From Amoebidium appalachense (Eukaryota > Protista > Ichthyosporea): a stretch of DNA of 64,000 nt. A program made the position numbers and the translations under genes. The notes below the pieces were generated by a model, which was not told where the DNA came from, did not search any database, and saw only the letters and a program-made list of their open reading frames with translations. The stretch spans positions 3,886,335 to 3,950,334 of the forward strand of contig CAVNZM010000011.1 of the NCBI GenBank assembly GCA_963693365.1, given 5' to 3'. Positions 1 through 10,699 of this stretch are shown here, piece after piece (position 1 is the stretch's first letter; each line of letters begins with the position of its first letter).

Positions 1-199
1 AATCCTGGGCCTTGATCCGAAACCTGGGGGCTATATAAGAAAGCCGTCCCAGTACGGGGATCACATCAGTGAAGTCTGAGACAGACTGAGTCGGCCCATA
101 GTAAAAGCAACCTGGCCGCGTGTGCCTTTCTACCCGTTCTCTGTCTTTATTTTGATTCAGTTGTACTCTGCCTTATCCTAACTAGTCCAACTGTTTACA
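1..199 (+). mobile_element. 3' end of a Ty3/Gypsy LTR, same family as the 23773-32024 element but in the opposite orientation
   Basis: Close match to the reverse complement of about 23773-23940 (GGGGGCTATATAA...GCCGTCCCAGTACGGGG...CCTGGCCGCGTGTGCCTT...CTGTTTACA). Ends in TGTTTACA at 199, directly abutting a truncated aquaporin frame. Confidence 0.9.
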
Positions 200-503
200 A
201 CTGGTGCTTACGGTGACCATGGTGTGCAAGCACCCCGAGCTGGTGGACATCGCGCCGGTGGTGGCGCCGCTCGCCATCGGGGCCGTGGTGTTTCTCATGC
301 ACATGTTGCTGATCCCGTTCACCGGGTGCTCCATCAACCCTGCGCGCAGCATAGCGGCTGCGGTCGGGGCCGAGGAGGGTGCACACCTGTGGGTCTTCGT
401 GGTGGGCCCACTCGCGGGTGGGCTGGCGGGTGGACTGGTTGGCACGGGGATGTTGGCGCTACAGGCCGCGCGCGCAAATATAAACCCGGTAGGTAACACA
501 TGA
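200..503 (+). pseudogene. C-terminal half of an aquaporin (MIP family), disrupted by an LTR insertion
   Basis: APLAIGAVVFLMHMLLIPFTGCSINPARSIAAAV...HLWVFVVGPLAGG corresponds to the second NPA loop and last TM helices; the N-terminal half is replaced by the LTR end at 199. Confidence 0.9.
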
Positions 504-2020
504 GTATCGACGAGTGGACCAAGGACGACATCGAGCGGCTGCAGGAGAACCCGGACTACCCCTGGAAGTTCGTACAATGGGCCGAGTACAAGAGACACCA
601 GTGGGAGTGGCAGTTCGAGAACCAGGGGGCCCACCACTCCAAGCAGATGCCAGGGCTTCGTGTGCAGTTCCCGCTGCCCCATCCGTCGTTTCCCAAATAC
701 AAGCCTGTGTCCTTTATTGCCTGGGCATCGTGCTCGCTTGCGTAGTACCCTAGTGACTGCATGCGGGCACACGGGGAGCCTGGATTCCCGGTACGGGACG
801 ACGACCAGGTGTGCCTGATCTACGACGACCCGCGCTTCTGCTACGTACCGTCCAACGGCGACCTACAGGAGGACGCACAGGCCGTGGGATGCGCGCAGAA
901 GTCGCGCCAGGGCGGTTCGCGGCTTAAGGTGCTCAACTGTCCAAGCGACGTGGCCGTCAGCAACCAGCCCGCTTTTACAACGTACAACCCGGGCAGCAAG
1001 CTGTGCGCACCGGGCTGGGCGAACGAGAAGATGGACCGCCAGTGGGCGGACTACCAGAAGTATTGGTCGGCTGACTATTGGATCCGTGCGCCGCACCGCC
1101 ACCTGGTGACGCTGGAGCAGCCGGGGGGGCGGGTCGTATACAAGGGAAGCGTGTCGTCCGGCAACGACCACCACCTGCGCTACATCGACCTGCTGCGGCT
1201 GCATAACCGGTACCTGCTGTTCATGTTCGACTACAAGCGCCCGCAGGAATGGGACACGGTGCGGCCGATCCGGTTGCGCGACATCCTCAACTTCTCGCGC
1301 AACAAGGACGAGAAGGACATGGACATCCACGACCAGGAGAAGTTCGGTAAGGGTTACAGGTATAGACAGACCCAGGAGAACGCCGTGAACGCGTACGCGC
1401 AGTTTTTCTGCAAGAAGGAGTCCGCGCTGGACGACAAGACATGCGCGTGCTTTTGGCCCATGCCGGCCGGTGTGGATATAGAAACGCTCAAGAAGTACGG
1501 ATGGACGGTCCAATGCCACAACTCCTTGTGCAAGATCAGCGGGTACAAGACCGGTGAGATGGAGAGCGAGACGTGCACCAACCTCAACGTGCAGGTGTGC
1601 AACCAGGCAATGGAGGTATCCGACAACTCTGACTCGCGCATCGCGGCCACGCAGGTCCAGCAGTGCCTGATGCAGATCGGAAAGGACGAGGCCGGCAAGA
1701 CCGCGATCAAGACCAGCGACTCCAACCCGTCCGGGGCAGCCACCGTCACCCCGCTGCCCGCCCCAGGCTCCAACTCCACCGTGCCCGGGGTGCCGTCACC
1801 CGGAGCCGCGGGCGGTGCCGCGGGCGGGGGCGCGGGGGCTGGCACGGGCGCGGGTGGGGGCGCGGGGGCTGGCACGGGCGCGGGTGGGACCGCCCAGACC
1901 TCCGCCCCCCCGAAGGACGTCCGAAGCGGCCTTGGGGCCTGGGCACGGGCCAATCCTGGGGCGTTTTGGGGTGTCGTGGTCGTGGTTGCGTTGTTGCTGC
2001 TTTTTGCTGCCGTGGAGTGA
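500..2020 (+). pseudogene. Cys-rich virion membrane protein, poxvirus A16/G9/J5 entry-fusion-like, with one in-frame premature TAG
   Basis: ORFs 500..745 and 761..2020 are in the same frame, separated only by TAG at 743-745. Cys pattern FC...TCACF...QCHNSLCKISGY...TC...VCNQ, Gly/Ala/Pro linker, C-terminal TM helix, AATAAA just after the stop. Confidence 0.6.
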
Positions 2021-2046
2021 ACAAATAAAGCGACACACAGATAGTC

Positions 2047-2144
2047 TAACCTGCCATCCATTCCCAATCTTGCCAACATGACCACGGGTCATGAATGGAG
2101 CTTGGCTAGTGGCATGGTCATGCAAGGTTACAAGAACCTTGGCC
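2047..2144 (+). repeat. About 100-bp dispersed intergenic repeat, copy 1
   Basis: CTTGCCAACATGACCACGGGTCATGAATGGAGCTTGGCTAGTGGCATGGTCATGCAAGGTTACAAGAACCTTGGCC recurs with few changes at about 17127-17223. Confidence 0.85.
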
Positions 2145-2384
2145 CAAGATTGGCAGTTTTGGATAACGACACCTGCGCCTTGTGTGAAACTTGTGACACT
2201 TTTTTATTGTTGTTGTGTTCTGTGACCACGGCTCGGACAATATATATATGACCAAGAAATGGAAGCTTAGCAAATATCATTGCAGCAGTCGCCCACTTAG
2301 CCCCCAACCCATGCTTGCTACACCATATCATACAAGGCACGATTCTACATTCGCACCACCCCACGTTGCTACAAATGTCGCGGC

Positions 2385-3941
2385 TCAGTCTAGGGCTTTC
2401 GCCCGCGTCTCCTTGTCTGGTATATCGAGATGAATCTCACCCCCCACAATGGAAGCAACGTCTATGTGTTCGACCACTTCATAGCTCGGATCCGGGCCGT
2501 TGTCCTCTTTCATCGGTCGGTAGAAGACCGACAAGCCGGACGCGTTTCTCACGGGTGTGATGCAATTCTCCACCTTGTAGGTTCCTTTGCGAAAAGTGTC
2601 CGCGGTGTTGTTGAGCACGTACTCGACGAGCCGGAGAGCCTCGACGATGCGAAGCGACACCTTGATCTCGTACTCTTGATCTATGCCCTTTAGCCGAGGC
2701 CGAACTGAGAGGCACTCGGTCATGGCGCGTGCAATCCCATCCCTGAAGTATCTTTCCGATATGTCTACCCGCTGGACAACGTCGCTCCTGTCGTTCAACG
2801 CGTCCTCCTGCCACTTCCCCAGGCTGAGTATCTGCTTGCGGTGGGTCCTGTTAAGAAACTCCACGAGAGGGGACGGTGGGTCGTACGTGCGCAGACAATG
2901 GAGAACCTTCTTTCTGTCTTTCCTCAAAAAGACGTCGTCGAGGGTGGTCTTGTCGGCTGTGGCCAGCAGATAGGAACCTACGAGCATGAAAACGCGCGAC
3001 GCGTACTGGTAGCAGCCCGGGGCGTTGCGATGCCCGCGGCAGTTCTCGAAGATCTTGCCGAGGGGAGTGCCTCGGTTGAAGTAGCCGTGGCTCACGGTAA
3101 CGAACAAACCGAAGTCGGGGCCGTACAGCTTCCAGAAGGGAATGTTCGTTATAAACTTGTGCGCGTGATCTTTCCTGGATTTGCGGGCCCCACCCCGAGT
3201 GTCGCGAATGGATGACTGTGTGGTAGATCTCTGGTCCTCGGTGTCTTCATTGTCCTCCTCGGTGCGCGCAGACGACTGGGGCTCAAGCAGCGGGTGACAC
3301 GTGGCCTGGGTGACCTTGGAATCCCCCGTCGACGAGGGGACCGGGCCGCCGTACGGCTGCGGAGAACGACGACCCACGCCGAGGCCTTGAACGCGGATGC
3401 GTTTTGCAGGCGGGTCTACAACCGACGGCGTTTCCGGAGTGTCGGGTGGGGTCGGGCGTTTTCCACTAACATCCAAAGAGGAATCCGTCGATAGCCTACT
3501 GTCCGGCACATCCATGTCTATGCCATTCTGCAGGAGCAACTCACGTGCCTTCGTGAGCTCCTTTGACGTCAGACGGACCAGCTCGTCAGAAGAGGCCCTG
3601 GCTAACACGTGGTCGCAGTCGCTGTGTTGTGCTTTGAACTCCTCGATGGTGCGACGAAGCTTTTCGGTTTCCTGCAGGTGCTGCTGCCGCTCGGCAGCGG
3701 CCGACTGTTGTGCAGTATCTAGCTGTGCCTGCAGACACCGCGCGTGCTGAGACTCTTGGGCCAGTTTACTCTGGAGATGCCCAACTTCCCTTTCGAGCTC
3801 TCTTAGGCGATCGCTTCTCCCCACAAGCTCCGCGTGTATTGTCTTGTAGGCCTCGGTCAACTGCTTGTGCACCCAATCAGTAATTGCAGACTCCGTACCC
3901 TTCAGGGTGCGAGGGAGGTTGAACTGGGTTCGCGACTCCAT
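2385..3941 (-). CDS. Hypothetical protein with N-terminal coiled coil
   Basis: Long ORF. Likely ATG at 3941 (MESRTQF), preceded on the coding strand by CATAAAA and several GATTGG boxes. Q/E/L heptad-rich N-terminus. Confidence 0.7.
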   Translation of the reverse strand: MESRTQFNLPRTLKGTESAITDWVHKQLTEAYKTIHAELVGRSDRLRELEREVGHLQSKLAQESQHARCLQAQLDTAQQSAAAERQQHLQETEKLRRTIEEFKAQHSDCDHVLARASSDELVRLTSKELTKARELLLQNGIDMDVPDSRLSTDSSLDVSGKRPTPPDTPETPSVVDPPAKRIRVQGLGVGRRSPQPYGGPVPSSTGDSKVTQATCHPLLEPQSSARTEEDNEDTEDQRSTTQSSIRDTRGGARKSRKDHAHKFITNIPFWKLYGPDFGLFVTVSHGYFNRGTPLGKIFENCRGHRNAPGCYQYASRVFMLVGSYLLATADKTTLDDVFLRKDRKKVLHCLRTYDPPSPLVEFLNRTHRKQILSLGKWQEDALNDRSDVVQRVDISERYFRDGIARAMTECLSVRPRLKGIDQEYEIKVSLRIVEALRLVEYVLNNTADTFRKGTYKVENCITPVRNASGLSVFYRPMKEDNGPDPSYEVVEHIDVASIVGGEIHLDIPDKETRAKALD

Positions 3942-4234
3942 ATTGGGAATAAAGCGGGGTGTGTTGTGAATCGTTTGCAAGCCGCATGGCAGTTTTATGG
4001 GGCATAACACGGCGGTGGCTATCAGCTAATATGACAACCGGCCAATCAATCCGAACGGCCAGACTTGCGCTACCAATCACAGAAGCGCGCCAATCAAAAG
4101 GCGTCGATTAAGTGGACTGTCAAATCGTTAAGGTCAGATCACGTTACGGCAATGACGACGTTCATCACAAGGTTTAACACTATCAGCCAATCGGAAAAGT
4201 TACACACAAACCACGATATCCAATCGGCCAATGG

Positions 4235-6376
4235 TCAGGACGGGCCAGCTGTCTCCGCATGGTCGAACCTGACAACCACCGTGTAGCGCCCGTGCAGGGG
4301 CGCGCCCTGCTCGTCGCGGAACGCGAGCTTGACGGTCGTGAACGGCCGCGCCTGCAGGCGGGAGTACTTGGGCACGCGGGGCTCGTAGACGTTGTCGAGC
4401 GCGGCCGCGAGCGCCATGTTCGCCGACGTGGCGACGCCGGCGGCCACGGGCCCCGCGACGGGCTGGTCGTCGAGCGTCATGTGCACGTACACGTGCGACG
4501 GCGGGAACGGGTCGGTGATGATGAACTGCGCGTAGTCGCGGAAGATGGGGTCGGCGGGGTTGAGCAGCCCCACGAGCCCCGCGGGGCCGAACAGGTTCTT
4601 GCTGCGCGTGTTCGAGCCCACGCCGATGGACCGCGAGGCCGGGCCGGATATCGAGAACGGGCGGATGGCGTAGGACGCGGGGTTCCAATTCACAAGGTAG
4701 CGGTGCGATACCGGTGAGAGCCCAGGGGGCGACGAGCAAAGAAGTACGCGGTCAGGGCTTGAGTCTGCGTACAGGTCGGGGTCCAACATGATGCCTTCAC
4801 AAAGGGCCATACATTCTTCCGTCGACGCCACATCCACCATGCCGGGGTTTGTTGATACGTACAGGACGGCCAGCAGAAAAACCTCGAGTGGCCACGTGTA
4901 CGTGGGTGTCCGGGGGTCGGGGGCCAGTGTCTTGATCTTCTGGGCAAGGCTGGCGCGTGTATGGCCCGTGAACATCGGTGCCACCTTCAGGGAGTAACGC
5001 AGACGGGGAATCGACAGATCCTCAAACCCCAACCAGTCGAGCTCAAACACTGCTACCGGTGGGACATTTCCGGGCTTCAGGTATTTCGGCATCTCGGTAA
5101 ATGGTATTTTGAGATCCGTGAAGGGGGCTGTGACCCAGTACAATCTAAACACACACTCTTTAAACTGGAATGGAATGCCATCCTGATCCGCGTAAGTGCG
5201 CTCGGGTCGGTGGATCAGGAGAAAAAACTTGACCAAGTTTAAGTTGCGATACTCGGGCAGAAACTCCCAAATCTTCATTCGTAAACGCAGGGGCATCTCG
5301 CCTCTTTCAACAAACGGAATGGGATCGGGGCACTCTGTTTTCATATTGAACTGTGGGTTTATCGTATCCATGAAAACGTCAACACCGAGCGGATATTCCG
5401 TTGCATAATAGGTGAAACAGATGCACCCATTTGGGCGGTCGTCATCCACCAGGGTCGGGCGCAACTTATCACCCGACGGGCAGAACGGCGCGAATCCAGG
5501 CGTATATTGGTCCTGATTGACAATCATGGGTGCCAGGAAGTAGTCCACTCGCTGGGGGAAGAGGTTTGTCGTATCGTAGACCAAAGTTTGGCGGTGGTGA
5601 ATTTTGGTGTTCAGCGAGGGCTTTTCATAACGAGCCGTCGTCATCAGCGGGGGTCGCATGGATTCGACGTGAAAGGCGGGCCAGCTGTTGTAGTCGTTGG
5701 CCCTCGCCGCCTCGACCTCTGGCATCAACTGTGCTTTCTCCTCCGGGGTTCGATACCCATCCGCGCCGAATTCGAGGAAATTGTAGACGCGTCTGATTAT
5801 GCCATTGCTACAGGAAGGGTCCCTGGTGATAAAGATCAAGTCCAGGGGCTTGGCCTCCGAAAAGAGTTCGTGGACGATCTGCACCATTTCACTGATGGAT
5901 TTGCACGAATGTCTAGTCTCCAAACAAGGAGAAGACCACATGTACCGCGGCTCTCCAAACTCGAAAAAGGCGGGCTGGAACGGAAAGTTGGGTGTGGGGG
6001 GTTGGTGATGTGCACTCAATGCCCTTGCAATCGCCCTCGCGTTATCGTGGTGCAAAGGGCCGGTGATGTTGAGATTAAAGTCATGCGAACAGTCGTTCCG
6101 CCCGTCGTGAATTCGCACGCGCCCCATACAGGAACCCGGACCAAATTGGTTGAGCGCGTGAATGGTGGTTGTCTCCACAGTCGCCTTGCGAGCCAACAAA
6201 GGCTGTGGCAAGCACCGCTGGAGTGTATCTGAAGCCGCGCTGCCACTGGATAAGATGACCGTCGTGAACTCGTTGCCGGTCACCGGAGTGCGATTGGCTC
6301 CGCCTTGTTTCATTTCGTTCAAGTTCTTTATCGTTGTTCTGCTCGTCATCGCTGTGCCTCTAACAGTAGCAAACAT
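4235..6376 (-). CDS. Penton/minor-capsid-like protein with a large central insertion (713 aa)
   Basis: C-terminus VKLAFRDEQGAPLHGRYTVVVRF fits the terminal strand pattern of single-jelly-roll penton proteins and aligns by eye with the end of the 20453-21615 product. Confidence 0.55.
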   Translation of the reverse strand: MFATVRGTAMTSRTTIKNLNEMKQGGANRTPVTGNEFTTVILSSGSAASDTLQRCLPQPLLARKATVETTTIHALNQFGPGSCMGRVRIHDGRNDCSHDFNLNITGPLHHDNARAIARALSAHHQPPTPNFPFQPAFFEFGEPRYMWSSPCLETRHSCKSISEMVQIVHELFSEAKPLDLIFITRDPSCSNGIIRRVYNFLEFGADGYRTPEEKAQLMPEVEAARANDYNSWPAFHVESMRPPLMTTARYEKPSLNTKIHHRQTLVYDTTNLFPQRVDYFLAPMIVNQDQYTPGFAPFCPSGDKLRPTLVDDDRPNGCICFTYYATEYPLGVDVFMDTINPQFNMKTECPDPIPFVERGEMPLRLRMKIWEFLPEYRNLNLVKFFLLIHRPERTYADQDGIPFQFKECVFRLYWVTAPFTDLKIPFTEMPKYLKPGNVPPVAVFELDWLGFEDLSIPRLRYSLKVAPMFTGHTRASLAQKIKTLAPDPRTPTYTWPLEVFLLAVLYVSTNPGMVDVASTEECMALCEGIMLDPDLYADSSPDRVLLCSSPPGLSPVSHRYLVNWNPASYAIRPFSISGPASRSIGVGSNTRSKNLFGPAGLVGLLNPADPIFRDYAQFIITDPFPPSHVYVHMTLDDQPVAGPVAAGVATSANMALAAALDNVYEPRVPKYSRLQARPFTTVKLAFRDEQGAPLHGRYTVVVRFDHAETAGPS

Positions 6377-6393
6377 AACCTATCCGAGATAGC

Positions 6394-6670
6394 TCAGTAT
6401 CTTTTATTTGGTCGATAGGCGTTCAGCTCCGCGGGCATGGCGTGGTATAGATAGGACCCGAACACCATGAAATGTAAATAGGGCTCCCCGTCCAAATTTA
6501 TTCGCATGTACTCTTTTAAAGCGGGGGAGAAGGAAAACCCGTCGAGCATGTAGTCGGGGTCCACCACCATCGCCGGCGTGCCCGCCTCGAGCTCCATCTG
6601 CCTCTCCAGCGCCTCCAGCTCCCTGCGCTTGACCTCGCCCGGGTCGCCGAGCTTCGCCATGTCATCCATG
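6394..6670 (-). CDS. Small hypothetical protein
   Basis: High-GC3 frame starting MDDMAKLG; AATAAA lies within the last codons. Confidence 0.55.
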
Positions 6671-6753
6671 CACTGCAGCGCACATTTTCTCGCGGATCTG
6701 CAAAAGAAAGCCCCGCGGCGCCGCGTGCACCATGTTTTTGCGGGCACCTGCAA

Positions 6754-6990
6754 ATGCTAAAGGAAAGCACGGGCATCACCGACTCGCACGTCAAGGCGCT
6801 CATCGGCGGCGACCTGTACAAGTCGTACCCCTCGGCCGACCCCGCGTGGCTCAAGCAGGTCGCCGACTACAACCTCAAGTACATCATGTGCCGCTACCAG
6901 GGCAACTGCCGCGGGCTCGTGCCGGGCAGCAGGAAGAGCAAGCGCAAGTGCTGCCGCAAGCGCTGCTGGTCCAAGCTCAAGAAGGTGTAG
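6754..6990 (+). CDS. Small basic Cys/Lys-rich hypothetical protein (78 aa)
   Basis: ATG start, very strong GC3 bias, C-terminus RKSKRKCCRKRCWSKLKKV. Confidence 0.65.
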   Translation: MLKESTGITDSHVKALIGGDLYKSYPSADPAWLKQVADYNLKYIMCRYQGNCRGLVPGSRKSKRKCCRKRCWSKLKKV

Positions 6991-7057
6991 GCCCCGATCT
7001 AGACAAATAACCGCGTTTGTGCCGCGCACCGCGGACATTGTGGGCGTTGTAGGTAAC

Positions 7058-7639
7058 ATGCGCCACATCAAACGACAGAAGCGCCGCGCCACCAGCACGC
7101 TGCGCCGCCGCCGCCGCCGCCGCCGCACGTCCAACGCGCTCTCTGGCTGCGCGTGCACGCGGCGCTCGACGTCGCACTCGGGCCCGGCCGCGGCCGCGGG
7201 CGTGCGGCGCACGACGACGCGCCACGGCAAGGTGCCGGTGTTCCTGGTGCCCGAGTGCAGCAAGACGCACACCGTGACGGTGCGCGTGCAGGGCCAGGCC
7301 AAGACGTTCAAGCTCGTGTACGACGCGGGGTCCGAGAACAGCTACGTGGACCTGGAGGTGGCCAACGCCTGGGGCCTGATGGACGGCCGCAAGCCGCTGG
7401 TCCCGCACACCGAGTCCAACACGATCGACTCCAACGGCAACATCCACAAGAGCCTGCGGCTCACGGTGACGCTCGAGATCCTGTGCCCCGACGGTGCCTG
7501 GTACCCTTCCAAGGGCGCCCTCGAGGTGTGTCTGGATCGCAAGACAAACAAGCACGGACGGCTGTTCGGCGTTTCTCATATGCGCACATTACGCGAGAGT
7601 GTACGCTACGTGGTTGACTACCAGGTGTGTCGGCGGTAG
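7058..7639 (+). CDS. Retropepsin-like aspartic protease domain with an Arg-rich N-terminal arm
   Basis: VTVRVQGQAKTFKLVYDAGSENSYVDLEVANAWGL (D-x-G-S active-site-like strand) and terminal RLFGVSHM (hydrophobic-hydrophobic-Gly motif); poly-Arg N-terminus. Confidence 0.6.
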   Translation: MRHIKRQKRRATSTLRRRRRRRRTSNALSGCACTRRSTSHSGPAAAAGVRRTTTRHGKVPVFLVPECSKTHTVTVRVQGQAKTFKLVYDAGSENSYVDLEVANAWGLMDGRKPLVPHTESNTIDSNGNIHKSLRLTVTLEILCPDGAWYPSKGALEVCLDRKTNKHGRLFGVSHMRTLRESVRYVVDYQVCRR

Positions 7640-7926
7640 GTGGTCGCGCTTTATTAACAAAAACCCACACTCGCATTGGGGTGCAAAAGGTCCGCGCCGC
7701 CCGGTTGGACATCATGACACACATGCACCGCCAATAAATGTCAGTCCACACGCGCATTCAAGCATGCTTGTCGTTTTTCATTGGTTTCGTTCCTTATCTG
7801 TGCCATGGCGTTCGTGGATGAGTGGAAGAATTCCTTTGTCAGGTGCGATGGCGCCGACTTGGAGTGTCTCGTTGCCGTTAACGACCCCCCCGGGACGTAC
7901 CCGCCACTACCAACATTCGCAATCAC

Positions 7927-9393
7927 ATGCAGGAGATTGCTAAATGGAGAAAGTACCTTGATTCTCTTGATCCGGCAATGCGAGTCCGCATTACCCTACG
8001 CGACGAGCAGGCGCACTCTCCGATCGGCTTTTGCAACATGACCGCCGCCCAACTGAAAGCCAGTCTTTACCACATGTTCTACGAGAAGCTCGAAGACACG
8101 TACGAATCAATGCAAGATCCCTTCTCCGACGAGGACCCTGACGATCACACCAGGCACGTCGGGCGGTACCTGAATCTCACACCCCCCTCGCTCGAGGATC
8201 CCTTTGCGCTCGACCTGGCCGAGGCCAGGCGCCAGATGGACGCCGCAGGGTTCAAGCTGGGTGGCCTCGCCGTCGCTGTCGTTTACCGCGTCCCGGGGCA
8301 AAACTCCTACAACGAAAGACCCGAGCTCCTGAGCCGGCTGGTCCTCTTCAAGACCGATGACGGTCGCTACTTCAACATCACGAGTTTCTCGGACGACTAC
8401 GCCGACGAGATCCCAACCCCCTTCGAAGCCATCGACGGCGTCGCCGACGCCGACGCGGTCTACCTGCACATCGAGCCGGTCGTCGAAGGGTACATTCGCG
8501 GCCGCTCGTACCGCGAACCGTGGTTGCCTGGCGCGTGGCCCAAGTTACGCCTCGTCTTTGCGCTGGGCCAGCGCGACCCCAGTGCAGTCCGCGGTCGCGC
8601 CGCCCTTGACCGAGGCGCGCTTTTGGCGATCGTCCACGCCATGTGCAACGGCCGGCCTGATCTGGAACCCCGCCCCCCGGCCACCGATAAGCCCCGCGAG
8701 CCCGACGAGCCACGTTCTCCGCCCCCCAAGCGCGCGAAGCTGACCGACCCCAGCGACCCCGACGAACCCAACCAGCCCCCGAGCCCCCGCCCCACCGCGT
8801 CCCTGTGGCTGCGCGTGCGCGCCAGCGACGATTCCTTCGAAGGCCCCGGTGTCGACACCTCCTTCGAAGCCTGCGAGCAGCTCGACGACTACAAGGCCAG
8901 CATGGTCGTCAGGGACCCCGTTCGTGACGAGTACATCATCAACACGCCCAGGCTGACCGCCATCCTGTCCGATGACTATGTGATGGTTGTCGACAAGCGG
9001 GGCATCAACTTCGAAGACCCATACAACTCGGAGGAGGGGCCACACGGCGACGGCCCGCCCCCGAACCGCCTAGAGATGTGCCTCGCCTACGGCGCAGGCG
9101 TCGCGAAATTCGGCATAGCCGATCTGGACAAGGATCCTACTTCCAAGGACATGGACAACGCCCCGAAGCCCAAAGACACGTATCCCCTGTGGCGCCAGAT
9201 GGTGGGTCTGATTGCAAGGTACGAGTCTGGGCCGATGGCCACGCTCCTGAGCTACCAGGACCGCGACTTCCTCGCGTTCTTCGCCCACGTCTCGCCCTCT
9301 GCGCCCGCCCGCGCCCAGGCCATTCGAATCCTCAACGAGCGGTACGCCCAAGACGACGACAAGGAGGATGTCAACGTGTGCCCCATCATGTGA
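7927..9393 (+). CDS. Hypothetical acidic protein (488 aa); may extend upstream to about 7806 via a frameshift
   Basis: Long high-GC3 ORF with a central Pro-rich linker containing an NLS-like PPPKRAK. Confidence 0.7.
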   Translation: MQEIAKWRKYLDSLDPAMRVRITLRDEQAHSPIGFCNMTAAQLKASLYHMFYEKLEDTYESMQDPFSDEDPDDHTRHVGRYLNLTPPSLEDPFALDLAEARRQMDAAGFKLGGLAVAVVYRVPGQNSYNERPELLSRLVLFKTDDGRYFNITSFSDDYADEIPTPFEAIDGVADADAVYLHIEPVVEGYIRGRSYREPWLPGAWPKLRLVFALGQRDPSAVRGRAALDRGALLAIVHAMCNGRPDLEPRPPATDKPREPDEPRSPPPKRAKLTDPSDPDEPNQPPSPRPTASLWLRVRASDDSFEGPGVDTSFEACEQLDDYKASMVVRDPVRDEYIINTPRLTAILSDDYVMVVDKRGINFEDPYNSEEGPHGDGPPPNRLEMCLAYGAGVAKFGIADLDKDPTSKDMDNAPKPKDTYPLWRQMVGLIARYESGPMATLLSYQDRDFLAFFAHVSPSAPARAQAIRILNERYAQDDDKEDVNVCPIM

Positions 9394-9634
9394 TGTTTAA
9401 AGGCGCGATTTCAGGTCTCAAGATGTGTGATTGGTCGACCTGTTCAGATCTATCAATCCAATGATACCCTTGCCCCAGTAGTTTTGGATTGGTAGATTCG
9501 GAATCAGCATCACCATTCATTGGTTGATGGCCTGGCGGGCATCTCTGATTGGTGGGGCCTACGCATATCGCGTGTATATAATCACCACACGACAGCACAT
9601 TTCATCATCACATGCACACATATCATACACCACA

Positions 9635-10024
9635 ATGGATATAGACATTGACATGATCTTGGACACCATCCGTCTGGCCTACCCGGATGTCGCGCGGCTG
9701 ACCGAGGACGAAAAGACCAGGCTCGTCCAGCTGATGGCTGACAGCAACAACACGGGCCCCCCGTTTGAACGCTTGTGCGCCGTCTGGGGATCCGTGACCA
9801 ACGGCATCGTCACCCCCGATCTCCGCACCCGCCCCGACCCCAGCGACGCCACCTCTGTGATCTGCCACGGTATAAGGGGCCTCGGTGCGGAGATCATAAG
9901 GCTGCGCCGGGAGAAGGATGTCATCAATCAGGCCTTGGTTGAATTGCAGCGCACTTTAACCGACCGCCGCCACGCAAAGCGCCGCCATCGTGAATCCGAG
10001 CCGCAGCTGACAGACGCCGAATAA
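9635..10024 (+). CDS. Hypothetical protein with C-terminal coiled coil
   Basis: ATG at 9635 preceded by TATATAA (about 9575) and four ATTGG boxes; the TAA stop lies inside AATAAA. Confidence 0.7.
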   Translation: MDIDIDMILDTIRLAYPDVARLTEDEKTRLVQLMADSNNTGPPFERLCAVWGSVTNGIVTPDLRTRPDPSDATSVICHGIRGLGAEIIRLRREKDVINQALVELQRTLTDRRHAKRRHRESEPQLTDAE

Positions 10025-10699
10025 ACCCGACTGTGTTCGGGGCGGTGCCTGTGGCCCCCTCCCAGTCGACAATAAACTAATATTCGCAAACCATGCCCCC
10101 CCCCCCCCTGTGCCCGATTGCATCGCTTGTGCTTTTCTTGTCATCTTGTCTTGACATACTGTTTGTTGTCTGTTGTCTCCTCAGGCCCCGAGGGGCCCCC
10201 GGAGGGGCCCGCGAGGCCCGTGTGGCCCGTGCGGGGCGCGGGGCCCGCGAGGCCTGTGTGCGCGCGCAGAACGTCTGTGTGCGCGCGCGGTGCATGTGTG
10301 GCCCGCGGGCCTCGCGGGGGTGGGGGCGTGGGGGCGTGGGGGGTGTGGGGGTGTGGGTCCGTGTTCCGGTTGTGCGTTTATTTGGTTCCTCGCGCGCCCC
10401 TCACAGCCACCCCCAGCCACCCCTGCCTCGCCTGCCTCGCGGCCCGCGCGGGGTGTGTGTTTGTGTTGTGTAATAATGGTGTGTTTTTTCAGGTGGACTT
10501 TTTAGCTGTTGTAGACGCGTCTACAGACACCTCACAAGATGTCGACCCCCCCCCCCCCCCCCCCCACCTGCATGCCTCCCGGGCCCGGGCGGGTGTGTGT
10601 GTGTGTGTGCCGAGATCAATTTCCGGCATACCCTGGTGGTTCACCGACGATCGATTTCGGTGTCGATTACATGTATCTTTTCTGTGCCCACTAACACCA

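Noticed and set aside
863-9045. Numerous long antisense or alternate-frame ORFs overlapping the main genes
   Set aside because: Expected shadow ORFs in high-GC3 coding DNA; no independent motifs.
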